A model generated the notes under the pieces. It did no database searches. It saw nothing but the letters and a program-made list of their open reading frames with translations, and was not told the DNA's origin. Below, in pieces: positions 51,622-62,049 of a stretch of 64,000 nucleotides of DNA. Source of the stretch: a virus; the IMG/VR virus record IMGVR_UViG_3300037419_001192, positions 38,691 to 102,690 of that record; one strand, written 5' to 3'. Each line of letters starts with the position of its first letter. The first letter of the stretch is position 1. The position numbers and the translations under genes were made by a program.

Positions 51622-52170
51622 ATGGAAATCTCGAATGCGGTGCGCGAAGCCGCCGCCTATGTGTTGGCAAGGGAAGCGGTCGATGGCAATGAGCATGGCG
51701 TATTGCTCGATGCTGATGGCAAATGCATCTTCACTGTCGATGGCGATGAAAATCATATCGAAGTCATCATGACGCCCGACCTGCAAAAACGCGCCAAGAT
51801 CATGGTGCATAACCACCCCGGCAATAGCAGCCTGTCGCTCGAAGACATCATGAATGCGACGATGACCGGCATCGAAGTGTATGCGGTCGGCATGGATGGC
51901 AGTTTCTATGCGAGCCGTGGCTTCAATCGGCAAGAAAACGAAGATATCCGCACCTATCGCCAATGCGATGACAAGGTAGTGACGCTGGCAGCAATGGCAT
52001 ACAGTTTCGGCGCGGCCACCGGCAGCATCAAGGATTTGCTCGGCCACCTGACCAATGAAGTGATGTCGAAGAAAGGCTATTACGATTACCGCTTCTTGCT
52101 GTCGGAGCAAGCGAAGGCATACTATGCCCAGAACCGGGATGTGATCACCCGGATCAAGGATTCGGTATGA
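51622..52170 (+). CDS. JAB/MPN-like domain protein
   Basis: E..G.. HNHP...SLSLEDI metal motif. Confidence 0.65.
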   Translation: MEISNAVREAAAYVLAREAVDGNEHGVLLDADGKCIFTVDGDENHIEVIMTPDLQKRAKIMVHNHPGNSSLSLEDIMNATMTGIEVYAVGMDGSFYASRGFNRQENEDIRTYRQCDDKVVTLAAMAYSFGAATGSIKDLLGHLTNEVMSKKGYYDYRFLLSEQAKAYYAQNRDVITRIKDSV

Positions 52171-53319
52171 ACATGACAGCATACGACCAAGGCATCAGCG
52201 ATTTCCATGCGGGCCGATATAGGAATCCCTATATCGCCGGCAGCAGGGATCACCATGATTACCAATGCGGCTACCGGGGCGCGGAACAAGACTTCGTGCA
52301 GGAAGTGACCGGGCAACCATACCATGACAAGACCGATTGGGCGGCAAAGCAAGCGAGTTGCCAGCATGAATACGAAAGCGATTACGATGGCGGGGGCCAG
52401 CCATACCGGCGCTGCCGCAAATGTTTGAAGTACGCATAACTGGCAATTGATTGCCAACCATGGAGGGAACATGAACCAAGAGCAAGCTAGGCAGGACTTG
52501 GAGTACGTTATTGGGCTTGCAGAAAACCTAGCCCTTACATGCGAGAAATGGAAAGACCTGTATGATCGGCAGCGAAAACTGCTCGAATCGTTGCAATCTC
52601 GGTTGAATCACTATGAGCGCATGGGGTTCTGGGCGCGATTGCGCTTCGCATTTCTAGGAGATTGACATGAATGCCCGCCAAGCCCAGACCCAAGCGGCAG
52701 AGCAAGGATTTCGTTTTGCCAAGACCCAGCTTGGGTACTGGACGCTATACCAGCCGGGTCAAGCACCGGGGCAGCGGCTATGCATCCACTTCGGGGCCAA
52801 GCGCCTTGCCAAGATGGATGCTGGTACGCTGCGCAAATTCATCAAGCTGCTGGAAATCCGGCAGGAAAGGAAGCTTTATCATGACACGAAAGCAAAAACG
52901 CGAACTGCTGCGCATCGCCGGCATGCTGTCGTATGACATCGCTGGCATCGGCATTTGTTTCCTAATGCTCGTCGCCATGAGCGAAGGCCATATCTTATCG
53001 GCAGTCGTGTTTGCCGTGATCGCCGCCGTTCTGGTGGATCGGCAGCGCCGCTATTACCCGAAGGCCAAGCAATGATATTGATTCACCGCAGCAGCCTGTA
53101 TATCGTGCTGGCACCGATCTTTGCCGTGGGCTTGACTGCATTGTTATTGCTGCTGGCAGGAGCAACAGGATACTGGATGGGCAAGGCAGCAGCGCCGCCA
53201 CAAGCCGTTTGCACCCCGACCCAAGCCGACATACCAACCCAGCCACCGCAACCGCGCTATGAGCCCCCTAGCGAGCCACCAGACCGGGCGCTGGGGTTGG
53301 ATAAACCACCAAGGAGAAA

Positions 53320-53640
53320 ATGATGACGATAGAACGATTGGAGAAAGATGGACTAGTTGCTGTGGTGTATTCCCCCGGCTTTGGCGCAGGCTGGAGTACA
53401 TGGAACAGCGAGCAAGGAGAGTTGCTGGCGCTGGATAAGGATATTGCCCAAGCGGTGATGGATGGCGACTTGAAGCGGGCCGCAGAAATTGCCAAGCAAA
53501 AAGCCCCAGACACCTATCTGGGTGGGGCGGATGACTTGACGATACGCTGGATTCCCAAAGGAACTGCATTCCATATCAATGAATATGATGGCAATGAATC
53601 CGTTGAAATCATCGGGGAAATTTCCTATTACATTGCATAG
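53320..53640 (+). CDS. Conserved phage protein
   Basis: VAVVYSPGFGAGWSTWN..F.INEYDG.E. Confidence 0.7.
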   Translation: MMTIERLEKDGLVAVVYSPGFGAGWSTWNSEQGELLALDKDIAQAVMDGDLKRAAEIAKQKAPDTYLGGADDLTIRWIPKGTAFHINEYDGNESVEIIGEISYYIA

Positions 53641-53649
53641 GAGAAAATT

Positions 53650-54003
53650 ATGGATTTGATCCTAAATGGCAAGAAGCATTACCTGTACCAGTTTTCGTGG
53701 GGCGAATACTCCGATTACCGCGTCGGCGGCGTGTTTCTCTGTGACCATGAAGTAACCCTAGAAGAATGGGGTGCCCACGAGTCGGTGTACTCGGAAGAAG
53801 CGGGCAAGCGCAGCCGGGAATTCAATATCAAATGGCAACACGCCACCTATGACAAGCGCAAAGCTGATCCAGATTTGGATAAAGCCTATAGGGCCGAATG
53901 GGAAGCCTTGAATCAATGGCGCAAGGATAATGACCCGGAAGAATCCTTTGTCAAGCTGCACAACATGGTTCCCATTCAATGTATTGAATTACGCAAGGAG
54001 TGA
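53650..54003 (+). CDS. Hypothetical protein
   Basis: GEYSDY motif; AGGAG SD. Confidence 0.6.
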   Translation: MDLILNGKKHYLYQFSWGEYSDYRVGGVFLCDHEVTLEEWGAHESVYSEEAGKRSREFNIKWQHATYDKRKADPDLDKAYRAEWEALNQWRKDNDPEESFVKLHNMVPIQCIELRKE

Positions 54004-54223
54004 ATATGAGCAACGATACTCTCGGCTATCACCGGGATATGAGCGCCGCGATCTTCGGCGTCGATTCCGAAGCCACCAAATATCTGGACGAGAAGATTGC
54101 CGAAGCCCCGCGAGGCCGCGAGGAAAAGGTCATCGCCCATGAAGACCAATTCGTGCATCTGCTGTTGAGCCTGCATCTGCGCGGCATCGAATCGGCCACC
54201 GAAGTCACCCCAAGGAGAGCCTG

Positions 54224-54700
54224 ATGGATCAAGAAAAAGTGATAGCCACCGAAGACATCGAATTGACACTGCCTTATGAAACCATCGGCAGGCTGTTTTG
54301 CAAGGCGCAAGCCGAAGGCAAGACGATGGATCAACTGGTGGCCGAAGCCCTAGAACAAGAACTGGCGCGGCTCGAAGCGATTCATGGGCCATTGGCTGAA
54401 GCCAGCCTTGCCTACGATGATTTGCAAGCCGAGCATGAACGACTCAGCAAGGATTATGAATTGCTGCGGGCTGACAATGAAAGGCTCAAAAAGAACAATG
54501 ACCGGCTATCCGAAGAAAACGTGATACTGGCACGGGAGCGCGACAAGGCACGGGGCGCAACGAAGGTGATGGCAAACCAGATCGCGCAGCTACGCACCCG
54601 GCTGATTGTGGTGAAAGACTATCTGCGCTCCGCTGAACGCTTGAGCCGCGAGCATGCCGATATGAACGACGCCCTACTGCGGGACACAACCCAAACCTGA
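54224..54700 (+). CDS. Coiled-coil protein with RHH-like N-terminus
   Basis: Heptad repeats; AAGGAG SD. Confidence 0.5.
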   Translation: MDQEKVIATEDIELTLPYETIGRLFCKAQAEGKTMDQLVAEALEQELARLEAIHGPLAEASLAYDDLQAEHERLSKDYELLRADNERLKKNNDRLSEENVILARERDKARGATKVMANQIAQLRTRLIVVKDYLRSAERLSREHADMNDALLRDTTQT

Positions 54701-55481
54701 TTTGGCAATCAATTGCCAGAACAATTTGCCCGCTGGTAATATAGGCGGGCTTCTCACTTGTAACCCGGAGTCAATATGGAAGTCGAAATCAAGCCGCTGC
54801 CCGCTCCCTTTAATCCATTCGAACTCAGCATTAAAGTTGAAAGCCAGCAAGAGGCGCTATGCTTGCTGGAATTGTTTTCGGAAGCCAGCAAATTTACCGA
54901 GAACACGACGCTTGCCCGCCTATCAACACAAATATTTGGGCAGTTAAGAAATGCGGCGAAGAAATAGGCTCGGATGCGAACTAGTTGTCCTTCTTTAATT
55001 CTTACACTTAATGTAGGGAAATGTCCTACGCGAATAACATAAGAATTAAAGAGCCGCAAGGGCCAAAAGTACCGTTCATATCAAAATAAAGTTGTGCAGA
55101 CAGCTTAATTCTGCTTAGACAAACTCGCTTCTTGGTGTATAATCGCTTCAAATCTAGTGCAAGGAGTGCGCTAAACGTCTGGAAGTGAACAGTAATTTCA
55201 CTTGTAATGCGATTGTCAGTTAACTTTACTGACGACAATGAATTCCTGTAGTAAATTGATTTCCTCCAGCCTATACTGGAACGCCCGACTGTTGCCGCAA
55301 AAAAGGAGTGATTTAAATGCAAGGGTCTACCGACCAGTCATCTTTCGATGACGTAGCCAATACATCCCCGCTCGAATCCGAAGAAAGCATTGCACTCAGG
55401 ATGGCGTATTTTGAATATCTGGAATGGATGCTCGATCACCAGCGCAATAACCGCGAATACTACCTGCACTAGACCAAACCA

Positions 55482-55508
55482 AGGCTTGCCCAAACGGCAG
55501 GCTTTTTT
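55482..55508 (+). terminator. Rho-independent terminator
   Basis: GCTTGCC..GGCAGGC followed by T6. Confidence 0.6.
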
Positions 55509-55549
55509 ATTTGGCAATTGATTGCAACTCACAAAAAGGAGAAGGCATT

Positions 55550-56536
55550 ATGGCCCATCACAATGTTCGTATCGTGGCAGACAGCATCACGGACTCAACC
55601 GAACCCACCCGCATCACCACGTTCATGCTTCGTTACTGGAGAGCGTTTCATGGCGAACTGCTGACGCATCGCGTGTTTTCCCGGTGCAGCGGCAGCAGCC
55701 GTGCGATCCCGACGAAGAAGATCATCGGTGAAGTCTGGCATGACCCGGCTGGCCCAAGCTTCTGGGGCGCAAATCAGCCCGGCATGCAGTCGATGGAAGA
55801 ATTGAAGGGCTGGCGGCTATGGGCGGCGCAAAAGCTGTGGAAAGCCGCTTCCCGCTGTGCCTGCGGCTTTGCATGGGCACTGAATCGCGTGGGACTGCAC
55901 AAGCAATATGCGAACAGGGGACTGGAGCCATACCAATACCTTTCCGTTATGGTGACTTCGACCGAATACGAAAACTTCTTCAAGCTGCGCAATCACAAGG
56001 CAGCGATGCCGGAATTCAAGAATCTGGCTGCCGACATGCAACGGGCGATGCTGGGCAGCACTCCGAAATTGCTGAAGGATGGCGAATGGCATTTGCCGCT
56101 GGTGGGCGAGCCCATCGCATCTGGTCTTGATACCAAGACCAACCTGAAAATCTCTGCGGCCCGGCATGCTCGCGCCAGCTACAACCGCCACGATGGCACT
56201 CCCGCACCGCTGCATGAAGATTTGAATTTGCATGAACGCCTTGTCGGGGATGATCCGATGCATGCCTCCCCGACCGAGCATCAAGTGCTGTTCACGAAGA
56301 CGGTGATGCCGTGCCGGCGCAAGCACGATGCGCAAGACCATATGGTTGCTGGCACTGATCTGCAAGGCAATCTGCGCGGCAACGGGCTGGTGCAATACCG
56401 CAAATTGCTGGAAAACGTCGATGCCTACCGCTTCTATCTCGGCAGGGATGAATGGAGCGAAGGCGAACGCTTTGCCGAGCATAAGGCGTTGCAAGACAAG
56501 ATCGCAGCGCATCCGCAAGCGGGGGTATCCGCATGA
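55550..56536 (+). CDS. thyX: Flavin-dependent thymidylate synthase-like protein
   Basis: ELLTHRVFSR..SSRAIP, HKQYANR.LEP, NFF.LR, HASP.EH. Confidence 0.8.
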   Translation: MAHHNVRIVADSITDSTEPTRITTFMLRYWRAFHGELLTHRVFSRCSGSSRAIPTKKIIGEVWHDPAGPSFWGANQPGMQSMEELKGWRLWAAQKLWKAASRCACGFAWALNRVGLHKQYANRGLEPYQYLSVMVTSTEYENFFKLRNHKAAMPEFKNLAADMQRAMLGSTPKLLKDGEWHLPLVGEPIASGLDTKTNLKISAARHARASYNRHDGTPAPLHEDLNLHERLVGDDPMHASPTEHQVLFTKTVMPCRRKHDAQDHMVAGTDLQGNLRGNGLVQYRKLLENVDAYRFYLGRDEWSEGERFAEHKALQDKIAAHPQAGVSA

Positions 56537-56733
56537 TGGCCGCGCCTGCAATCGGCAGCCGGTGGAAGCACAAGAACGGCAACGTGTACAAGGTGCTGCT
56601 GGTGACTTCCGAGCCCGACCCGGAGAAAGCCGACAAATTCCCAGTTACCGTCATCTATCAAGGCCCGGATTGGCGCATCTGGCCGCGCCGCCTCGATAGC
56701 TGGTATGCCAGCATGACCCCAGTGGAGGATTGA
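56533..56733 (+). CDS. DUF1653-like protein
   Basis: WKHKNGNVYKV..VIYQ..W.R. Confidence 0.65.
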   Translation: MMAAPAIGSRWKHKNGNVYKVLLVTSEPDPEKADKFPVTVIYQGPDWRIWPRRLDSWYASMTPVED

Positions 56734-57263
56734 TGGAGTGCTACCTGAAGGGTGACAAGATCGAAGGGGAAATCTGGCAATCAATTGCCGGCTTCCCCGG
56801 TTACGAAGTATCGCATCTGGGCCGGGTGCGGCGCTTCATCCGCAAGGAAAAAGGTCACCGCTATTACAAGATCAAGACGTTGAGCCTGAATGCGGTCGGC
56901 AATCTGCTGGTCGGCATGAAAGATGAGAATGGCGTGAATACCACCCGAACGGTATCTTATCTGGTGGCTGCCGCCTTCCTCGATCCGGGCGAAGAAGGGC
57001 AAGCAATCCGCTACAAGGATGGCAATAACATGAATTGCTGCGCCAGCAATTTGTACTACCAGCCGGATAACAACCCGGCGCAAATCATCGTCGGGCCAGC
57101 GCAACCGAAGCGCGGCAATGCCTCGATCACCGAAGATCAAGCACGGGAAATCCGGCAATTGATTGCCAGCGGCATCCGGCGTCAGCGCGTGATGGCCCTG
57201 ACTGGCTGCACCGTGCATATTTACAAAAACATCCAACGGGGGAAATCATGGACGCATGTGTGA
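56730..57263 (+). CDS. NUMOD4-HNH-like protein (catalytic His replaced)
   Basis: EIWQSIAGFPGYEVSHLGRVR; IRYKDGN..N..ASNL; C-terminal HTH. Confidence 0.75.
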   Translation: MMECYLKGDKIEGEIWQSIAGFPGYEVSHLGRVRRFIRKEKGHRYYKIKTLSLNAVGNLLVGMKDENGVNTTRTVSYLVAAAFLDPGEEGQAIRYKDGNNMNCCASNLYYQPDNNPAQIIVGPAQPKRGNASITEDQAREIRQLIASGIRRQRVMALTGCTVHIYKNIQRGKSWTHV

Positions 57264-57679
57264 CATCGACCACGGGCAAAGAAATCGATCCCACCGGGGT
57301 CGCTGTTGCTGCCCACTACAACAAGCACCCATCGGGCGTGGAAACGATTGAAATCACGCGCCATATGTGCAACAACTTGGGCAATGCGATGAAATACATC
57401 TGGCGGCTCGAAGACAAGGAGGGGCCGCTGAAGAATGCCAAGAAAGCGCTGTGGTATATCAACGATGAACTCAATTACTTCCAGCCGCTGGCAATCCTGC
57501 CCGAGCCCGAAGCCCTTGTGATCATCAATCCGCTGATGCGCGATGTCCTATCGTTCACGAACGACAAGGGCCAGCGCGAAGCGATGCGCTATATCTATCT
57601 GGCGAACCTGACGCGGGATCGGTATTACTTCCTGCAAGCGCATATCTATGTATCCCGGCTGATCGCCATTCATGGATAA
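57248..57679 (+). CDS. DUF3310 family protein
   Basis: HY..HPSGVE.IE..LGNA.KYIWR..K..KA.WY. Confidence 0.8.
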   Translation: MDACVTSTTGKEIDPTGVAVAAHYNKHPSGVETIEITRHMCNNLGNAMKYIWRLEDKEGPLKNAKKALWYINDELNYFQPLAILPEPEALVIINPLMRDVLSFTNDKGQREAMRYIYLANLTRDRYYFLQAHIYVSRLIAIHG

Positions 57680-58100
57680 GAAGATGGTTCACGAAGGCGT
57701 CTGCATCGCTTGCCTGCACTATACGCTGGTGGATAACCATGAAGGCGTGTGCCGCGAATGCTGGGATCGGGATGCCCGCCACGGCGCAATCCGACAAGGG
57801 CAACTCGATGTGCCATGGGAAGCCTTGGTCTGGTCGGGTTGCATGATCATGCTGGGCGTCATCATCGGACTGGTGCTGGCGCAATATCTATGAGGCTACG
57901 ATGCGCGTAAAAGAACAAGCCATTTCGGATTTGAATCAGTGCCTGAAAGAAAGCCGAGACTCCAGCATGCCGCTGAACTATATCGCGCTGCGCATGAAAC
58001 AGTTCGGCTGGCAGACCGTCAACAAAGACAATCTGCTGGATACCGCTCGCGGGCTCGGCTTCACCGTGGTAGGCACCACTATCTATCCTTGGGGAACGGA

Positions 58101-58367
58101 ATGAAACTTACATGGGTCAATCTCTGGTTGCTGATCCTGTTGGCTTGTGCCGTAGTGCTGGTGATGGGGTGCGAAATTCAAACTACCGAGCAAGCCCGCG
58201 CCGTCACCCGGCAACAGATACAGGCGATGCAAAACCTGATTGCTTCCTGCGACAAGAACGGCGGCATCGCCATCTTCCGCGAGCGCAGAGTTGGCAAGGG
58301 TAGCTATAGCGGCACCTACGCAATTTGTGAAGATGGCATGAGCGGCCCCGCCTACGACATCCGCTAA
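58101..58367 (+). CDS. Putative lipoprotein
   Basis: Hydrophobic signal ending LVMGC. Confidence 0.5.
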   Translation: MKLTWVNLWLLILLACAVVLVMGCEIQTTEQARAVTRQQIQAMQNLIASCDKNGGIAIFRERRVGKGSYSGTYAICEDGMSGPAYDIR

Positions 58368-58443
58368 TCCGGCAATTGATTGCCAATTGTTCGGGGTGGC
58401 TGCCCCGCCTATAATGGGCCAACAATTTCCACAGGGCAGCCCT

Positions 58444-59280
58444 ATGTTTTCCAAAATCCTGAAGGCGAATCCGCTGCGCCGCATCGTGTTTGCCGATGTG
58501 CTGAAATTCGATCCCCGGCAACCGCGTGATGAGCGAGGCCGCTGGACGCGGGAAGGTGGCGGCAAGAACCTCGATGAACAAGGCAAGGTGCATGCCTTGT
58601 TTTCATCGCAGGCAATGCGACTGCCGAAGATTGCCCATCAACCGTTCCATGACCCGGATACGCTGTATTCTGCTTCCGCAGCCTCGCTGCAATACCTGAA
58701 GCAATGGCTGAATCAAGGCCAAGGCTTGGCGGATCAAATGGGGTACAAGACGATGGCCGGCAGCCCGGATGACGCAATCAAGTCTGGCGAAATGAACCAA
58801 CCCGGAGGCCAGTTGTATATCGCCAAGCTGAAAGACCGGTATGGCCGCGCCGCAACAAAAGTGGCGCAGGATTACAAGGGCGACTGGTCGAAGCTGCTGG
58901 ATGTGACAAGGGCTTCGATAGCAGTGGATAACCTCGACCAAGTGCGGCAAACCATCGATACGCTAACGAAGGGCGGCATGGTGCTGGCGAAGCGTCCGAA
59001 AAACCGTTTCGAGAATCCGACCAATGAGCATTACCGCGATACGCTGCTGAACGTGAAGTTTCCAAACGGCTCAATTGGCGAGATTCAAGTGCATTTAAAG
59101 CCGATGCTGATTGCAAAAGCTGAAGGTCACCCCCATTATGAAGTCATCCGGGGTCTACTCGGCAAGTATGGGGAAACCTCCGACCGCAGCACATGGTCGG
59201 TGGAAGACCAGCAAGCCTTCAACAAGGCCACGGCAGCGTCGCGGGCTCTGTATGACGCGGCATGGAAAAAATCCATCTAA
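58444..59280 (+). CDS. RelA/SpoT-like small alarmone synthetase (toxSAS/Apk-like) with VLK-FDPxQPRDxxGRWT leader
   Basis: LK....A..K..D..LLDVTR..KNRF..YRD..N..GEIQ synthetase motifs. Confidence 0.75.
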   Translation: MFSKILKANPLRRIVFADVLKFDPRQPRDERGRWTREGGGKNLDEQGKVHALFSSQAMRLPKIAHQPFHDPDTLYSASAASLQYLKQWLNQGQGLADQMGYKTMAGSPDDAIKSGEMNQPGGQLYIAKLKDRYGRAATKVAQDYKGDWSKLLDVTRASIAVDNLDQVRQTIDTLTKGGMVLAKRPKNRFENPTNEHYRDTLLNVKFPNGSIGEIQVHLKPMLIAKAEGHPHYEVIRGLLGKYGETSDRSTWSVEDQQAFNKATAASRALYDAAWKKSI

Positions 59281-59289
59281 GGAGGGAGC

Positions 59290-59469
59290 ATGGAGTACAA
59301 ATATTACGAATATGACAATGCCTTCTACCGACGACCAGCATCGGTCAACAATCCGGTGGTAACTGAAGTCAAGACCCCGCTGGGCTGGAAGCCGTATGAC
59401 GGTGACAAAATTGCTCCGGTTTTCTTTGGCGATGAAGTTTCTGCGGAAGATGCCGGCGAAAAATTCTAA
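59290..59469 (+). CDS. 59-aa putative immunity protein (not in ORF track)
   Basis: AAGGAGGG SD. MEYKYYEYDNAFYRRP..GWKPY..GDEVSAEDAGEKF; immediately after the synthetase. Confidence 0.6.
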   Translation: MEYKYYEYDNAFYRRPASVNNPVVTEVKTPLGWKPYDGDKIAPVFFGDEVSAEDAGEKF

Positions 59470-59530
59470 AAGGTTTTGACAAACCACTTAATTGTGATAA
59501 ACTAGGTTCGTCAGGAAAGGAGTCCGACAT

Positions 59531-60061
59531 ATGAACCTAGTGGAAAAAGCAGAAAGATACGCTGCTGAAGCCCACAAACTGCATGTCCGGAAATTTACTG
59601 GCGAGCCGTACATTACCCACCCCGCTGAAGTCGTCGCAATATTGAAAGAATTTGGGGAAGATGATCCGGATGTACTGGCCGCTGGCTGGCTGCATGATGT
59701 GGTGGAAGATTGCCCCGGTTATACGATTGATCGTATCGCTGCCGACTTCAATCCGGAAGTCGCGGCACTGGTCAAGGATGTCACCGGCAACCCAAGGCCA
59801 GCAAAGGAAACGAAGGAAGAAAAATCGATCCGCAAACTCGATGACGCTTACCGGTTAGGCCATGCTGTACCGAAGGCCAAGAATTTGAAAGCTGCCGATA
59901 TGCTATCGAACCTGCGAGCCGCCAAGAATGCCTCGAAAGACTTCCTGAGAGGCTACTTACCCAACAAGGTATTCGTGTTGGGAGCGCTGGGTGCCATCCC
60001 GAACCGGGCGCTATATGAAGCGGTCTGGGGGGAATTGCGGGAAGCCAAGAAGTATTTGTAA
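59531..60061 (+). CDS. HD-domain (p)ppNpp hydrolase (SpoT/Mesh1-like)
   Basis: AH...RK.TGEPYITHP.EV..AAGWLHDVVED..K.AD..SN; own promoter at 59476. Confidence 0.85.
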   Translation: MNLVEKAERYAAEAHKLHVRKFTGEPYITHPAEVVAILKEFGEDDPDVLAAGWLHDVVEDCPGYTIDRIAADFNPEVAALVKDVTGNPRPAKETKEEKSIRKLDDAYRLGHAVPKAKNLKAADMLSNLRAAKNASKDFLRGYLPNKVFVLGALGAIPNRALYEAVWGELREAKKYL

Positions 60062-60083
60062 TCAACCTCAATGGAGTGAATCA

Positions 60084-60698
60084 ATGTCAATTGGAGCCGT
60101 GGCGCAAAACGCGCCGCCCACAGCAATCAAGATTGGTTTCCTGTTTTACCAACGACTCGAAACCTACCTGAAGAACGCGGATGCTGAAGACCCGCTGACT
60201 GCGCCCGAAGCATTTGCCCAGCCTGATATCAAAGAAGTCTGCCGGGGCATTTATCAAGTGCGCAAAGCTTGCGATTATTTCGTGACCATTGGCTTGGCAC
60301 GTAAAGTGCAAACCAAGAAGCTCGGCTATGAGCGCGGTGTCGGCTATTACTGGAATCCCGACCGCATCAAAGAAAATGTGCCCGAGCCTAACAATAGCGT
60401 CGGCAAGCTTTCCCCGAAGCGCAAGAAGCATGGGAAGGCTGGCCTGCCCTATACCCCCATCCCGAAACCTGAACCTGCCCCGGAGACTGTCATGAATGAA
60501 CCCATTACCGCTGTGCGCCGCATCCACCGTACTCGCAGCCCCGAAGTCGAAACCATCATCGATTCGGATGTCCAGCACGAAAAGCGCGTCAACCTCGACT
60601 TCGCCGGCCTGCTGTTCACCGGCCCGGAAGGCAGCAAAGTCAATGTCCAAACCGATGACGAAGGCACCATTGTCGTCACGTTCAAGGTGAAGCAATGA
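60084..60698 (+). CDS. Hypothetical protein (wHTH-like N-terminus)
   Basis: CAATGGAGTGA leader. Confidence 0.55.
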   Translation: MSIGAVAQNAPPTAIKIGFLFYQRLETYLKNADAEDPLTAPEAFAQPDIKEVCRGIYQVRKACDYFVTIGLARKVQTKKLGYERGVGYYWNPDRIKENVPEPNNSVGKLSPKRKKHGKAGLPYTPIPKPEPAPETVMNEPITAVRRIHRTRSPEVETIIDSDVQHEKRVNLDFAGLLFTGPEGSKVNVQTDDEGTIVVTFKVKQ

Positions 60699-61033
60699 CT
60701 GGCAATCGATTGCCAAAGAAGCGGCGGGAACCGGAGCCGGGCACCCCGCTGCACCAAGCCTTTGAATCGATCCACAAGAACAGGCACAAGTTCACCGTGG
60801 ATGCGATCAACAAGATGATGGAATTGCGCAAGAGGAAGAAGCCATGAACCTGACCGTGTTTGAATATGAGACATTGCAGAAGGTCGTGGAAGCAGCCTTC
60901 CGCGATCCCGTCCTATCTCTGGCCGATGTTGGGCTGGACAAGGAAGAACAAAAGGCAATGGGCCGGGTGCAACGCAAGTTGACGATGTGCCGAAATTCAC
61001 TATTACAGGGGCAGCCGGGGGCGAGCCGGTATC

Positions 61034-61345
61034 ATGAATGAAGAAAATGAAAAACTGGTCAAGGAACTAAAGGAAGGCAACCCCACTTACCTGACCTATC
61101 TGGAAATGCCGGATGGCTCGCTATGCTGCATCGCCCGGTTCGCATTCACCTATGCGATTCTTTCCGGCCTGAATAACTGGGGGTATGAAGACCGTTGGTG
61201 CTATCACGATATCACCACGGCGCTGCAAGCCCTGATTGAGTGGGCTGAGTTTTACGATACGCAAGACGAGCCCCGGCATTGGCATCGCCATCCAAAAACA
61301 GGAAGAAGGATCGATGAACATGGAAACGAATACATCAATTTCTGA
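61034..61345 (+). CDS. Conserved phage protein
   Basis: F.FT..GYEDRWCY..EP..W.RH..TGRR. Confidence 0.65.
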   Translation: MNEENEKLVKELKEGNPTYLTYLEMPDGSLCCIARFAFTYAILSGLNNWGYEDRWCYHDITTALQALIEWAEFYDTQDEPRHWHRHPKTGRRIDEHGNEYINF

Positions 61346-62049
61346 ATGTCCAACCCGCAAGCACGACTATGAATTTCTGGGAAACCACAAGATAGTCAAA
61401 GCCCAGTATGGCCCGAATGGTAGCCGGGTGCAGTTTTCGGTGCGGGCATTCTATAAGTGCCGGAAGTGTGGCAAACAACGGATCGCGGCAGGTAACCCCA
61501 AAGCCCCGTGGCCCCAATTTTAAGGAGTGAACCATGATCCCAGCAATCCTATTGATCACGTTGATGATGTCTCTGTCTGGCGGCTTCGGCAAACTGATTT
61601 CCTATTGCTGGGAAGAAGATTGCCGCTCGATCTTGCCGATGATGCTGATGGGCGCTGCCACGATTGTCGTCGTCTGTGCAGAGCCGATGGGACACGCACT
61701 GGTATTCGTTGCCAGCGGCGGCACAACCGGGGTACTCGCATGAAAGAGAAAATTTTTAATGCATGGCGCTTCTTGCAATTCATCAGCATGACCTTTGCTG
61801 TGATGTGGAAAGCCATACGCGGCGGCTGGTTCGTCTATCGGGACTACCCTGAATGGTTCGTCGTCATGATGAAGGATGGCTACGAGTACAAAGAATCGGT
61901 CAAAGGAAAGCTGGATGACTTTGATATGAACCTGTTGCAGCAGGCACGGGAAGAATTGTCGTTGCGCAATCGTGGCAATCAATTGCCAAGTTGAGCATAG
62001 GAAATAACAGCAGGGAAGCCTATACTGCCTCGAATTACTGGAGGCAAGC

